Part shown: piece after piece, positions 27,936 to 39,300 of the stretch
Layout of the letters: each line of letters starts with the position of its first letter
Numbering within the stretch: position 1 is the first letter of the stretch
NCBI GenBank assembly: GCA_041739675.1
Contig: JBGSNL010000053.1
Span: 1 to 57,679, forward strand
Direction: 5' to 3'
Source: a bacterium
GTDB lineage: Bacteria > UBA10199 > 2-02-FULL-44-16 > DYJF01
Length of the DNA stretch: 57,679 nucleotides
Notes under the pieces: generated by a model
Database searches by the model: none
What the model saw: only the letters and a program-made list of their open reading frames with translations
What the model was told of the DNA's origin: nothing
Program-made: the position numbers and the translations under genes

Positions 27936-28883
27936 TTATTTCGAACTCAACATCACCTCCAGAGTCGCCTCGACGCTGCCCTGCAACGCCCTCAAATCAT
28001 AGCCGCCCTCGAGGACGTACACCACTTTGCCGCCGCAGCACTCATTGGCAAGATGTGAAAGTGTCGTGGCGATCCATCTGTAACCGTCTGTCGTCATTTT
28101 CATTCCGCCCAGAGGGTCCCTGTCATGCGAATCGAAACCCGCAGAGACCAAAATAAGCTTGGGAGAGAAATTCAAGACCGCCGGCACAATCTGTTTGTCA
28201 AAAACCGTCTTGTACACATCGTCGTCCGCACCGTACTCAAGCGGAATATTGAGAGTGGTCCCCTTCCCTTTTCCCGTTCCGGTCTCATTGGCCAGTCCTG
28301 TTCCCGGATAGAACGGCGCCCTGTGCACGGATGCGAAAAAAACGTCTTCACGCTCATAAAATGCCTGCTGCGTCCCGTTTCCGTGATGGACGTCAAAATC
28401 CACGATGGCAATGCGCTCCACACCGTGGCGTCTTTTTGCATGCTCGGCGGCTATGGCGATGTTGTTGAATATGCAAAAACCCATCGCCTGATTCTTCTCC
28501 GAATGATGCCCGGGCGGTCTCACAAAGGCGAATCCATTTGTGAGATCCCCTTTCAACACTTCATCCACAAGCGAGAGCGTCCCCCCGGCTGCGTACTCGG
28601 CCGCCTCCCATGTGTGGGCGCACGCCAAAGTGTCGGGATCGAGATAGGTATATCCCTCCTCACCGGCAGTCGCTTCCACACTCTCTATGTAGGATTTGTC
28701 ATGGACGTACATGAGCTCTTCTTTGGTCGCCGCCCGGGCCGCGACATGGGTGAGCTCTTTTCCGATACCGCCCCCGTCCAGGACCTCCTTTATAACGAGC
28801 AGCCTTTTGGGGGATTCGGGGTGGGAAAAACCCATCTCGTGCCTTACAAACCTTTCGTCCCAGAGGACCCCTGTTTTCTTCAT
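27936..28883 (-). CDS. histone deacetylase family amidohydrolase
   Basis: HPESPKRL, RPPGHH, GFCIFNN, DFDVHHGNGTQ, SAGFDSH, LEGGY. Confidence 0.95.
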   Translation of the reverse strand: MKKTGVLWDERFVRHEMGFSHPESPKRLLVIKEVLDGGGIGKELTHVAARAATKEELMYVHDKSYIESVEATAGEEGYTYLDPDTLACAHTWEAAEYAAGGTLSLVDEVLKGDLTNGFAFVRPPGHHSEKNQAMGFCIFNNIAIAAEHAKRRHGVERIAIVDFDVHHGNGTQQAFYEREDVFFASVHRAPFYPGTGLANETGTGKGKGTTLNIPLEYGADDDVYKTVFDKQIVPAVLNFSPKLILVSAGFDSHDRDPLGGMKMTTDGYRWIATTLSHLANECCGGKVVYVLEGGYDLRALQGSVEATLEVMLSSK

Positions 28884-28969
28884 AAAACGGTGTATACAGT
28901 GGGGAAAAAATTATTGCAATTACCATTAAGTTCCACTAGTTTTCCGGTCCAAATCGGGGAAGAAAACAT

Positions 28970-30007
28970 ATGGCAATAAATATCCTAACCACAGGGCAGC
29001 TTGAGAGTTTTGTGAACAACCTGATCGGCGCGGGGAACGTCGTCGGTGTGCAGAAAAAGGAAAACAAGTTCGCCTACGCACCGCTCAAAAAAGCCAAGGA
29101 CCTGGTCCTTGATTACGACGTCACGCTGCTGCCTCCCAAGAAATACATCATGCCGCAATGGGAGACCCTCATCAAATTCAAGATCAATGATAAGGTTGAG
29201 GTCGCAGACGCCTCTGAAACAACACCGCTGACAATTGTCGGCATTCATCCATACGATCTCAAGGCAATCAATCAGCTCGATCATCTCTTCCAGGAGAAAA
29301 ACGAGGACGGGAACTACCTCAAACGCCGCGCGGCAACGACCATCATCGCCCTGACGCCGGCTCGCGCGTCCAAGTGGTCATTCTGGGCATCGATGGATTC
29401 CGTATCGGTGGATAAGGGTTACGATCTCCTTCTGACCGATATCGGCGGCAAATACGCAGTTGAAACCGGCACGCCGAAGGGAGAGGAGCTCCTGAAGAAG
29501 TTCGCCAAGTGCGATGCCGCAAGCTCGGACGACACCAAGAAGCTTTCCGAGATCAAAAAATCTATCGCCAAGCTTTGCAACAGCGACAGAAAGATCAATG
29601 CAACCACGAAAGAGCTCAAAACCATTCTGCAAAAACATCGGGAATCCAAGATCTGGGACGAGAAAGCTGAAAAATGTTACAGTTGCGGGTCTTGCAACAT
29701 GATCTGCCCCACCTGCTACTGCTTCGATGTGCTGGAAAAACTCGATCTCAGCCTCAAGGGGGGCAGCAGATACCGCATCTGGGACGGCTGCCAGCTGGCG
29801 GATTTTGCGAAAATCGCGTCCGGCGAAAATTTCCGTGAGGAGCGCAAGGACCGCTACCGCCACCGCTTTTACCGCAAGTGGGAATATCTTTTCGGAAGCA
29901 AACTCAATGAGCCCGCATGCGTTGGCTGTGGGCGCTGCTCGTCCGTGTGTCTCCCCGACATCACGGATCCGGTAAAAATCTTCAATTCACTAAAGGAGGA
30001 GAAGTGA
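28970..30007 (+). CDS. hydB: group 3b [NiFe] sulfhydrogenase beta (Fe-S, AsrA-like) subunit
   Basis: CYSCGSCNMICPTCYCF, RIWDGC, CVGCGRCSSVC. Confidence 0.9.
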   Translation: MAINILTTGQLESFVNNLIGAGNVVGVQKKENKFAYAPLKKAKDLVLDYDVTLLPPKKYIMPQWETLIKFKINDKVEVADASETTPLTIVGIHPYDLKAINQLDHLFQEKNEDGNYLKRRAATTIIALTPARASKWSFWASMDSVSVDKGYDLLLTDIGGKYAVETGTPKGEELLKKFAKCDAASSDDTKKLSEIKKSIAKLCNSDRKINATTKELKTILQKHRESKIWDEKAEKCYSCGSCNMICPTCYCFDVLEKLDLSLKGGSRYRIWDGCQLADFAKIASGENFREERKDRYRHRFYRKWEYLFGSKLNEPACVGCGRCSSVCLPDITDPVKIFNSLKEEK

Positions 30008-30828
30008 TGGAATCCCTCTATCTCCCCGAACTCGCAACTATCACAAAAATAGCCGCTCAAACGGCCGGCGAAAAGTTTTTTGAGATAAAATTCGACTCGG
30101 GCCGCGACCTTGGGCACAAGCCCGGCCAGTTCGTCGAGGTCTCGGTCTTCGGCATCGGAGAGGCGCCGATTTCCGTTTCTTCGTCCCCGACGAAGAAGGG
30201 TTCGTTCGAACTTGTGGTCCGCAAGGTCGGGAACGTGACCGGCGCCATGCACGGGATGAAACCCGGCGCGAAAGTCGGAATCCGCGGTCCGTTCGGCACC
30301 AACTTCCCCTATGAGGAAACCAGGGGAAAAGATCTCCTCTTCGTCGCAGGCGGCATAGGACTCGTGCCGGCAAGATCGTTCATCAATTACGCGCTTGATA
30401 ACCGAAAGGATTACGGCCGCGTTATCGTCATGTTCGGCTGCCGATCTCCGAAGGAGAGGCTCTTCGCGGATGAGCTTGCAGCATGGGCAAAGCGCGAAGA
30501 CATGGAATTTTTGGAGACGGTTGACAAAAAACTCGACGAACCGTGGGACGGAAACTGCGGCGTCATCACTACCCTCTTCCCCAAGATAAAAATCAATCCG
30601 GCAATGACGAATTGCATCGTGGTGGGGCCGCCCATAATGTACCGCTTCGTCCTCAAAGAGGCGCTCGATAAACAGATCCCCAAGAGCCAGATTTTCGTTT
30701 CTCTCGAGCGGCGCATGAAGTGCGGCGTGGGAAAATGCGGCCACTGCCAGATCAACGGCATCTACTGCTGCCAGGAAGGTCCGGTTTTCAAATATTCAGA
30801 CATCCAAGGACTCGAGGAAGCGCTATGA
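30007..30828 (+). CDS. group 3b sulfhydrogenase gamma (FAD/NAD(P)-binding) subunit
   Basis: PGQF, GEAPIS, RGPFG, AGGIGL, ERRMKCGVGKCGHC...CQEGPVF. Confidence 0.92.
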   Translation: MESLYLPELATITKIAAQTAGEKFFEIKFDSGRDLGHKPGQFVEVSVFGIGEAPISVSSSPTKKGSFELVVRKVGNVTGAMHGMKPGAKVGIRGPFGTNFPYEETRGKDLLFVAGGIGLVPARSFINYALDNRKDYGRVIVMFGCRSPKERLFADELAAWAKREDMEFLETVDKKLDEPWDGNCGVITTLFPKIKINPAMTNCIVVGPPIMYRFVLKEALDKQIPKSQIFVSLERRMKCGVGKCGHCQINGIYCCQEGPVFKYSDIQGLEEAL

Positions 30829-31565
30829 CAAAACCCAGGATCGCATTTTTTGATTTCGCAAGCTGCGAGGGAGATCAGCTGCAGATCGTGAACCTCGAGG
30901 AGAAACTCCTTGAACTCCTGCAGCACGTCGATGTCGTGAGCTTTCGCGAGGCGATGAAGGAGCATTCGGACAATTACGACATCGCCTTCGTGGAGGGCTC
31001 CTGCACGAGAAAATCCGACGAGGAGCGCCTGAAAAAGATTCGCGCGAACGCCAAGATCGTCGTGGCCCTCGGGGCGTGCGCGTCGATCGGCGGGCCCAAT
31101 TGTTTCGGCTACACAAGACCTCTCGATCAGATGCGAAAGGAAGTTTACGGTGACAAGGCCGACTGGTACGAGACCTATCCTCCAAGGCCCATAGATGCTG
31201 TGATTCCGGTCGAGTATAAGCTCCCCCAATGCCCCATCAACAGGGACGAGTTTTTGGCCCTTTGCAAGGCGCTTCTCACTGGCCAGAAGTTTTCGCTGCC
31301 GAATTATCCGGTCTGCACCGATTGCAAGCTGGCCGAAAATGTCTGCGTGTTCGAAAAGGGGATGAGCTGCGTGGGCCCTGTCACGAGAGCCGGCTGCGGC
31401 GCGTGCTGCGTCACGGAGGGGGCGGTCTGCTGGGGATGCCGCGGTTTGCTCGACGATCCGAACAAGGATTCGCACCGCGAGGTGCTTGAAAAATACGGTC
31501 TCACGGTGGACGAGGTGAAGGCCAAATTTAATCTCTACTTTGCATATCAGGAGAACCAGAAATGA
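30825..31565 (+). CDS. hydD: group 3b [NiFe] hydrogenase small (delta) subunit
   Basis: SCEGDQ, VEGS, GACA, PQCP, CVGPVTRAGC, CWGCRG. Confidence 0.9.
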   Translation: MTKPRIAFFDFASCEGDQLQIVNLEEKLLELLQHVDVVSFREAMKEHSDNYDIAFVEGSCTRKSDEERLKKIRANAKIVVALGACASIGGPNCFGYTRPLDQMRKEVYGDKADWYETYPPRPIDAVIPVEYKLPQCPINRDEFLALCKALLTGQKFSLPNYPVCTDCKLAENVCVFEKGMSCVGPVTRAGCGACCVTEGAVCWGCRGLLDDPNKDSHREVLEKYGLTVDEVKAKFNLYFAYQENQK

Positions 31566-32863
31566 GCGCCTCAAATCTGAACATAAATCTTCATTATATA
31601 ACGCGCGTTGAAGGACACGGAAACATCGTCGTCGACGCGAAAGACGGCAAGCTCGAAAAGATACAGTGGCAGGTTCCCGAGGCGCCGCGCTTTTTTGAAG
31701 CGATGGTGATCGGGCAAAAATGGGACGTCGTGCATCACATCACGTCGCGCATCTGCGGCATCTGTTCCATCGGCCACACGCTGGCGTCCGTGAAGGCGAC
31801 CGAAGCCGCAATGGGAATCAAGGTCTCGGAACAGACCCTGGATCTCCGCCGCCTTGCAATCCATGCGGAAAATCTCCAGAGCCATGTCCTTCATATCGGC
31901 TATCTCGCCCTTCCGGATCTTCTGGGCGTGGGCTCGGTTATCCCGCTCGCATCTTCGCATCCCGAAGAGGTGAAGACGGTCGTGCGTCTGCACCGCCTCG
32001 CGAATGAGATGAGCGATCTGGTGTGCGGAAGGACGACCCACCCGCAACGGCTCATCCCGGGCGGATTTGCAAAGTTGCCGACGGAAGATCAGTTGGAAAA
32101 TCTCAAAAAGCGCCTGCTCACCGCAGGACCCGACATCGTTACGGTGGGAAAACTGGTTAAAGCGCTCGCGCCCAACCTGCCCTCCTTCACTCGCGAAACC
32201 GAATACGTCGGTCTCACGTGCGACACCGAGTACGCGTTGTACGACGGCGATCTCGCATCGACGGACGGCGGCCGCGAACCGACGAAGAATTATCTCTCAT
32301 GGACGAACGAGTATCTGGTTCCCCACTCCACCGCAAAGTACACGAAACGTAAACGCGAATCACTCATGGTGGGCGCCCTTGCGCGCTTCAACCTGAACCA
32401 CAAACAGCTCACGAATAATGCCCAGGCCCTCGCGAAGGATCTGGGGCTCGTCGCTCCGTGCTACAATCCTTATATGAACACGGTGGCCCAGCTTGTGGAA
32501 GTGGCGCACGGCTTTGAAGATGCGATAAAAATAATCGATAAGCTCGTTAAGAATGGCATCAAAAGCGAGCTTCCCGATGTCAAACCCAGAGCGGGTCAGG
32601 GCGCGGGCAGCGTTGAAGTACCCCGCGGCATACTGATCCACGACTACACCTATGATTCGAATGGCATCTGCACAAAGGCCAATTGCATAATACCCACGAA
32701 CCAGAACCACGCGAACATCCAGCTCGATATGGAGGCGCTCGTGCCGCAGATCATGGCCAAGCCGCAGAAGGAAGTGGAGCTGGCGCTTGAGATGCTCGTG
32801 CGTGCTTACGATCCGTGCATCTCCTGCTCTACGCACTATCTCAAAGTGGAATTCAAAAAGTGA
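31562..32863 (+). CDS. hydA: group 3b [NiFe] hydrogenase large (alpha) subunit
   Basis: TRVEGHG, L1 RICGIC, L2 DPCISCSTH plus a cleavable tail. Confidence 0.95.
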   Translation: MSASNLNINLHYITRVEGHGNIVVDAKDGKLEKIQWQVPEAPRFFEAMVIGQKWDVVHHITSRICGICSIGHTLASVKATEAAMGIKVSEQTLDLRRLAIHAENLQSHVLHIGYLALPDLLGVGSVIPLASSHPEEVKTVVRLHRLANEMSDLVCGRTTHPQRLIPGGFAKLPTEDQLENLKKRLLTAGPDIVTVGKLVKALAPNLPSFTRETEYVGLTCDTEYALYDGDLASTDGGREPTKNYLSWTNEYLVPHSTAKYTKRKRESLMVGALARFNLNHKQLTNNAQALAKDLGLVAPCYNPYMNTVAQLVEVAHGFEDAIKIIDKLVKNGIKSELPDVKPRAGQGAGSVEVPRGILIHDYTYDSNGICTKANCIIPTNQNHANIQLDMEALVPQIMAKPQKEVELALEMLVRAYDPCISCSTHYLKVEFKK

Positions 32864-33336
32864 AACCGATAGCGATCATAGGAGTGGGCAATTCCCTGAT
32901 GGGCGACGAGGGTGTGGGCATCCACGCCACGAAAAGCCTGCGCAAGGAGTTGAAGCGCGATGATTGCGACATAATCGACGCTGGCGTCCCCTCCATGGCC
33001 CTTCTCCACATGCTTGAGGGAAGACGGCTCGTCTTCATAATAGACTGTGTCGACTTCGGGGGGAGCCCCGGAGAGATGGAAATCTTCCACCCCGAAGAGG
33101 TGAAGCAGGAGGAGAATTCAGAAATTTCGCTTCATGCAACCGATCTTTTAACAACTCTTGATGTCGGCAAAAAGATCGGCATGGAGCTTCCCCCCATCTG
33201 GATCATCGGCATTCAGCCCGACAGGATCGAGCAGACCATGGAACTATCCGAGGAAGTGGAAGGCGCTCTGGCCGATCTTCCCGAACTCATCGAGAACTTC
33301 ATTTCCACCGGCACGGAATCAATTGTTAACCATTGA
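32860..33336 (+). CDS. hydrogenase maturation protease
   Basis: IIGVGNSLMGDEGVG, IDCVD, SLH, IGIQP; GTG overlaps the large-subunit stop. Confidence 0.93.
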   Translation: MKPIAIIGVGNSLMGDEGVGIHATKSLRKELKRDDCDIIDAGVPSMALLHMLEGRRLVFIIDCVDFGGSPGEMEIFHPEEVKQEENSEISLHATDLLTTLDVGKKIGMELPPIWIIGIQPDRIEQTMELSEEVEGALADLPELIENFISTGTESIVNH

Positions 33337-34422
33337 TGTGACTTTTCTGGCGATTGCGGGGGCGGCAGTGAGGCCCGGCGATTCGATTCCCAGAAGATGA
33401 ATGACGGGACCTTCCTTCAAGATCACAAAATCGCCCGCCGCTTTTCCATCTTCAAAAAGTTTGGCGCGGTTTCCGGCCTGTGAAGGTTCAAGCTCAGAGA
33501 CGGCCGGCCCCGTTTTCAAATAGCGCGCGACAGCCGATGCAAAAATTTCGGGCCCGGTTTCGATTTTGTAATCGGTCTTTTTCTCCTTTGGCATCTCAAT
33601 CTGCGTCGGCCCGATGCAGCGGTCGCCCGAGATCGAGCGATGAAGATGTATCCCCATGCTTGAGATAAGAGTTGCATCTCCCGCCTTCATGAAACGGTCG
33701 GGCACCGGATAGACGAGCCCCTCGATCGGCCCTTTACGCCATATATAGTACTCCCCCTTGAAGGGCCTTATCTCAAAATTTCTTCGGCCGCCTGCCATGC
33801 GGTAGATCTCATCGGCGAAGAGACCTGCCGAGTTTATCAGAAGATCGAACTGCATGGGCCCGCGCGCCGTATCGATGGAGTTTTTTTTGATATCGATTGA
33901 CTGAAGACGGCACCACTTCAGGATCTGGCAGTTGGAGAAATTGGATATATGTCTGTCCAGCGCAGCTATGTATTCCGACGCGTCGAGGATTCCCGATGTC
34001 TCTGAAAAAACGGCCGCGCGAACGCTATTCAGCCAAGGCATGGCGTCGGCGACGTCTTTTGGCCTCACGGGAAGAAGACCTGAAACACCGCACTCGGAGG
34101 CGTTTGAGAACACCGATCCCAGTCCCTTCTCCTCCTCCTCCGTGAAGGCAACGATCCACTTGCCCGGGCGCCTGTTCGGCACACCGAGCTTTTGAAGGAG
34201 CTCGTACGTGAGACGATTCCCTTCAACACAAAGCTCGCTTTTCAGTGAATTTTTGGGGTAGGCAAAGCCTGCGTGTATCACTTCGCTGTTGCGGGTGCTA
34301 GCGTGCTCCCCCAGATGGTCCTCCGCCTCGAGGATGTAGATATCATCTTTTTTGCGATTTTGAGCCAGCGCGAGCGCACAGTTCAGTCCGACGACACCGC
34401 CCCCGACGATGACGATAACCAT
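33319..34422 (-). CDS. FAD-dependent oxidoreductase (L-2-hydroxyglutarate oxidase LhgO-like)
   Basis: GGGVVG, STRNSEVIHAG, PFKGEY, GIESPGLTAA. Confidence 0.88.
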   Translation of the reverse strand: MVIVIVGGGVVGLNCALALAQNRKKDDIYILEAEDHLGEHASTRNSEVIHAGFAYPKNSLKSELCVEGNRLTYELLQKLGVPNRRPGKWIVAFTEEEEKGLGSVFSNASECGVSGLLPVRPKDVADAMPWLNSVRAAVFSETSGILDASEYIAALDRHISNFSNCQILKWCRLQSIDIKKNSIDTARGPMQFDLLINSAGLFADEIYRMAGGRRNFEIRPFKGEYYIWRKGPIEGLVYPVPDRFMKAGDATLISSMGIHLHRSISGDRCIGPTQIEMPKEKKTDYKIETGPEIFASAVARYLKTGPAVSELEPSQAGNRAKLFEDGKAAGDFVILKEGPVIHLLGIESPGLTAAPAIARKVTSMVNN

Positions 34423-34440
34423 TTAAGCGCCCTCACCCGA

Positions 34441-35034
34441 TCACGGTATGCCGCAGAAGATTCTTGGGCGAACCGCTGTAACCGCCGGCTGTGCAACTTG
34501 CACCGGTCTGCGAATGATCACCGGTAAATTAAAGGCGCCGGTGTGGAAAACCCTGACATTCTCCTGAGCAACCCGGGAATTTGCCGCCTGCCTTATCCGC
34601 GAATCGATAACAATGCCGCCGCCCGTAGAAACCTCGCCGGGATCCACCAGCCCGACAGTGCGTGAACTTGCAGTAGACGGTTGTGACCCCGTTTCGATTC
34701 CAATCAAGGAGAGAAGTCCCTTTCCGATTGCTTTGAAAAAGTTACCGATCGGACGAAAAATTCTGCCCAATCCTCCGCCTGTAGCAGCTCCCGGGCCGTC
34801 AGATGGCGGCAGACTCACGTCATCTCTATATCCTTCACCGCGAGTGACCCTGGCAAATCTCGCACTCTGTCCCAATGATGGGCCGCTGAAACCATCTACA
34901 AGCGCCTCGCTTCCGAACCTCCTTGATCCGGGCATAAGACGCATCGGATCTTCTGTAATTGCCGCCTCGGAATCCGAAACACCATCTCGACATTGCCCCG
35001 CGACCGGCTGCGGAAAGAAATCCAAGCCCATCAC
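34441..35034 (-). CDS. hypothetical protein
   Basis: 197-aa ORF co-oriented with its neighbours, AAAGGA upstream; no recognisable motif. Confidence 0.5.
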   Translation of the reverse strand: MMGLDFFPQPVAGQCRDGVSDSEAAITEDPMRLMPGSRRFGSEALVDGFSGPSLGQSARFARVTRGEGYRDDVSLPPSDGPGAATGGGLGRIFRPIGNFFKAIGKGLLSLIGIETGSQPSTASSRTVGLVDPGEVSTGGGIVIDSRIRQAANSRVAQENVRVFHTGAFNLPVIIRRPVQVAQPAVTAVRPRIFCGIP

Positions 35035-35248
35035 ACACCATCCTTTCTATTAAAAATGAGGGGAGACCGATACTCTTGGCCTCCCCTCTTGGCTTTATCC
35101 CCCGTCTCCAACTAAATACTCACTATAAGACAACGCCCTGTTTTTCATTATCTCCCGACTTCCACTGTTATTTTCATCTAACAAAATCCGAAAACAATGC
35201 AAGAAAAAACGTGGCGGATGCGCGAGAAATTTAGCCCTTCCGGCCAGG

Positions 35249-36295
35249 CTAAAAAATTCCGACCCGCTCCGACCACGGTTTTTCAATACGGACGTCGGCC
35301 GCAAACTCCGATTGTACCCACACCGTATGGCCGCTGCCCTCCGCTTCGATAAGTATCGCCCTGAATGAGGAATTTTTGCGCAGAAATGAGATCGCCTTTT
35401 CGCGGCCCATGACCATGAGCGCAGTCGCGACCGCATCTGCGCTTATGCAGTCGGGCGCCATCACCGTCACGGCGACGAGGCCGCTGTTAACAGGAAGACC
35501 GCTTCTCGGATCTATGATGTGCGAATATTTCTTCCCGCCTATCTTGACAAATCTCTCATAGTTTCCCGACGTGACGACGGCGCCTGCCGGCATTTCGATC
35601 TCACCCATCAGCTTCGCGCCGGCCTTTGCAGTGGGGTCCTGAATTCCTATGCGGAATTTTCCCGGCCCGAACGCCTTTGTATCTCCGCTCGCCTGAACAA
35701 CTCCCCTTTTCACGCCTCGAGTTTGAAGCTCGGCCGCAACCTGATCCACAATATCTCCCTTTGCGATGCCTCCGAGATCCAGCTCCAAACCCTCGGTCCT
35801 CATCTTAATCGCAATCTTTCCATTCTGGTCCTCGATCCCGATCTTGTCCGAACCTACCGATTCAAGAGTTTTCTTTATCGCTGACTCGGCAGGCACAGTC
35901 TGCTTCTCCGCACCGTTTTTCCAGAGGCGTATCAACGGTGCGACGGTCATATCGAACGCGCCGTCTGTTTTTGACGACCAGTCCTTTGCCGACAAGATCA
36001 CGCGGCCAATATCGGGGCTCACTTCAATAGCCTTGCCATGAGCCATCGTATTGATGCGGGTGAGCTCGCTTGAATCGCGATGCGCGCTGAAAATTTTCTC
36101 AAGCCTTTCAACCGTCTCTTGCGCGGATTTTACATCCTCCCCGAAAAGCTTATCCGACCTGTCATAGGCGATCACTCGAAAGGGGATTCCTCCCATCGGA
36201 TAAAAGACCGCCTCATGTCTTGAAGGCCTAACCGTTGCGACAATAAGCAACGCGAGCGCAACAAAAACTAAAATAACAAAAAAGAGTTTTTTCAT
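35249..36295 (-). CDS. apbE: FAD:protein FMN transferase
   Basis: DLGGIAKG, VTSGNYER, HIIDPRSG and ADAVATA are all intact. Confidence 0.93.
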   Translation of the reverse strand: MKKLFFVILVFVALALLIVATVRPSRHEAVFYPMGGIPFRVIAYDRSDKLFGEDVKSAQETVERLEKIFSAHRDSSELTRINTMAHGKAIEVSPDIGRVILSAKDWSSKTDGAFDMTVAPLIRLWKNGAEKQTVPAESAIKKTLESVGSDKIGIEDQNGKIAIKMRTEGLELDLGGIAKGDIVDQVAAELQTRGVKRGVVQASGDTKAFGPGKFRIGIQDPTAKAGAKLMGEIEMPAGAVVTSGNYERFVKIGGKKYSHIIDPRSGLPVNSGLVAVTVMAPDCISADAVATALMVMGREKAISFLRKNSSFRAILIEAEGSGHTVWVQSEFAADVRIEKPWSERVGIF

Positions 36296-36329
36296 TATTT
36301 TCGATTTTTAACTTTTGAATTTTGAATTT

Positions 36330-39300
36330 TTATTCGTACTCATGCCACGCCTTCGATGCGAGGTCGTCAAAGCTCTTTCTCGAAAGCGATTCCACAAGTC
36401 TTTTTGCAAGCTGGATGTTGGTGATGAGGGGCACGCCGAAATCCGCCGCCGCGCGCCGGATGAGATAACCGTTGGTGAGCTCTTCCTTCTGATAGTTTTT
36501 CGGGATGTTGATCACGAGATCAATGCCGCCAGCGCGAATCTTGTCCTCCGCGTTGCCCTCCCTCTTCTCATTGGGCCACGCCACTACCTCGGTCTTCACG
36601 GCGTGATCGTTCAAAAATTTCGCCGTCCCGTCGGTGGCAAGAATTTTCACGCCCATACTCAAGAGTGTGCGCGCGTACGGCAAAAAATCGGCCTTGTTCT
36701 CTGTTGTGCCGGCAGAGATGAGCACCGTCTTCACGGGAAGTTTGAAACCCACGGAAATCATGGCCTTGAGAAACGCCTCTTCGAAGTCGTCTCCGATGCA
36801 GCCTACCTCGCCGGTGGAGCTCATCTCGACCGAGAGAGTTGGATCGGCGCCCTTGAGCCTCGTGAACGAAAATTGCGGCGCCTTCACGCCTACATATTCC
36901 ATATTGAATGGTTTGAGAGTGATCTCAGGCACCGGCCAGTCCATCATCACTTTGGTGGCGACGTCGATGAGATTCGTGCCGCAAACTTTTGAGACAAACG
37001 GAAAACTGCGCGACGCGCGAAGGTTGCATTCGATGACGGAGACGTCGTTGTCTTTTGCGAGAAACTGGATGTTAAACGGGCCGTTGATGTTGAGAGCCTT
37101 TGCAACGCGATTGGCGATTCGCTTCACCTGGCGGACCGTTTCGAGATACGTGCGCTGGGGCGGCACAACCATCGTCGCGTCCCCCGAATGCACGCCCGCA
37201 TTCTCCACATGTTCCGACATCACGTAGGCCAGAAGCTCGCCTTTTTTTGCCACGCCGTCTATCTCCAGCTCTTTCGCGCCCATGATAAATTTGCTGATGA
37301 CAACCGGATGCTCGTGAGAAACCTTTGCCGCCTTCCCTAGAAAACGGACGAGATCGTCATCGTTCAACGCCACCGCCATCGCGGCGCCCGAAAGGACATA
37401 TGACGGCCTGACAAGAACCGGATAGCCCACTTCCGCGGCAAACTCCTTGGCGTCCTCGATCTTCGTGAGCTCTTCCCACGGCGGCTGATTGATCCCCAGC
37501 TCATCTAAAAGTTTTGAAAATTTGTGGCGATCCTCCGCCTGATCGATGGAGCGCGCCTGTGTTCCCAGAATTCTGACGCCGGCGTCCGAAAGACGCATCG
37601 CAAGATTGTTGGCGACCTGACCGCCGACGGCAAGCACAATACCCGCCGGCATCTCCCTCTCGTAGATTTCCAATACAGTTTCAAATGTCAGCTCTTCAAA
37701 ATAGAGGCGGTCGCATTCGTCAAAGTCGGTCGAGACCGTTTCGGGGTTGCAGTTGACCATGATCGTCTTGAACCCCAGACGCCTTAGCGATTGCACCGTG
37801 TTAACGCAGCACCAGTCGAACTCGACGGAGCTCCCGATGCGGTAGGCGCCCGAACCCAGAACCATGACAGCCCCGCGCCCGGCCGGTTCCACGTCGTCTT
37901 CGCTTCCGTTGTAGGTACAATAGAGGTAATTCGTGCGCGCAGGATATTCCGCCGCAAGCGTATCGATCTGTTTGATTGCGGGCTTGAACCCCAGACGCCG
38001 CCTCGTGAAACGCACCTCTTTTTCGGAACTCTTCTGCGCGAAAGCTATCTGCCTGTCCGAAAAACCTGCGCGCTTTGCATCGAGCAAAAGCACTTCCGGA
38101 AGCAATCTCCCCTCATAGGACGCGATCTCATCTTCCATCGCCACGATGTTTTGGAGCTTTGCAAGAAACCACGGATCGATGTGGGACAGTTTGTGGATGC
38201 TATCGACCGTCATTCCATTTTTGAACGCCTGATAGATCGCAAAAATGCGCTCGTCCGAGGGGGATTTGATCTCGTCTTCTATATCTTCAAACACTATGCC
38301 CGCCCCGCCCGTCAAACCGTCGGCGCCGATCTCCAGCATCCTCAAGCCCTTCTGCAGCGCCTCTTCAAACGTGCGGCCGATGGCCATCACCTCGCCCACC
38401 GACTTCATGCCGGAGCCGATGCGTTTCGATACTAGCCGGAACTTTTTGAGATCCCATCGCGGAATTTTCACCACCAGATAATCCAGCGCCGGCTCGAAGC
38501 ACGCCTTCGTGGCGCCGGTGACGATGTTGTCGATCTCCAGAAGCGATTTGCCTATCGCGATCTTCGCCGCGACGAAGGCGAGCGGATAGCCCGTGGCCTT
38601 GGAGGCAAGCGCGGAACTGCGCGACAACCTCGCGTTCACTTCGATCACGCGAAATTCATTCGACTTCGGATGAAGCGCGTACTGGATGTTGCACTCGCCC
38701 ACGATTCCCAGATGGCGCACTGTCCTTATAGCCACCTCGCGCAGGCGATGATACTCTTCGTTGGTGAGCGTCTGCGAGGGCGCTACGACGATCGATTCGC
38801 CAGTGTGGATTCCCAGCGGATCGAAGTTTTCCATGTTGCACACGGTGATGCAGTTGTCGTGAGCGTCGCGCACGACTTCATATTCAACTTCTTTCCAACC
38901 TTCCAAAAATTCTTCGACGAGAATCTGTTTCGTATGGGAAAACGCCGCCGATGCACGCTCGGTCAAATCTTTTTCATCGACACAGAGCCCGGAGCCCAAC
39001 CCCCCGAGCGCATATGCAATGCGGATCATGATGGGATAGCCGATCTTTGCCGCGGCCCGCCTGGCATCTTCAAGTGTGGAAACGGCCGTGCTCTTGGGGA
39101 CGGGGACGTCTATCTCCGCCAACCTCTTGCAGAAGAGCTCGCGGTCCTCCGTATCTTCAATCGTGGCGACCGGTGTTCCCAAAACACGCACACCGTGCTT
39201 TTGAAAAACACCGCCGCGGTGAAGTGCAACGCCGCAGTTGAGAGCGGTCTGTCCGCCGAAGGAGAGCAAAACGCCGTCGGGGCGCTCCTTTTCGATCACC

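Noticed and set aside
27936..28969. Functional link between the HDAC-family gene and the divergent hydrogenase operon
   Set aside because: Adjacency (86-bp spacer) is the only support.
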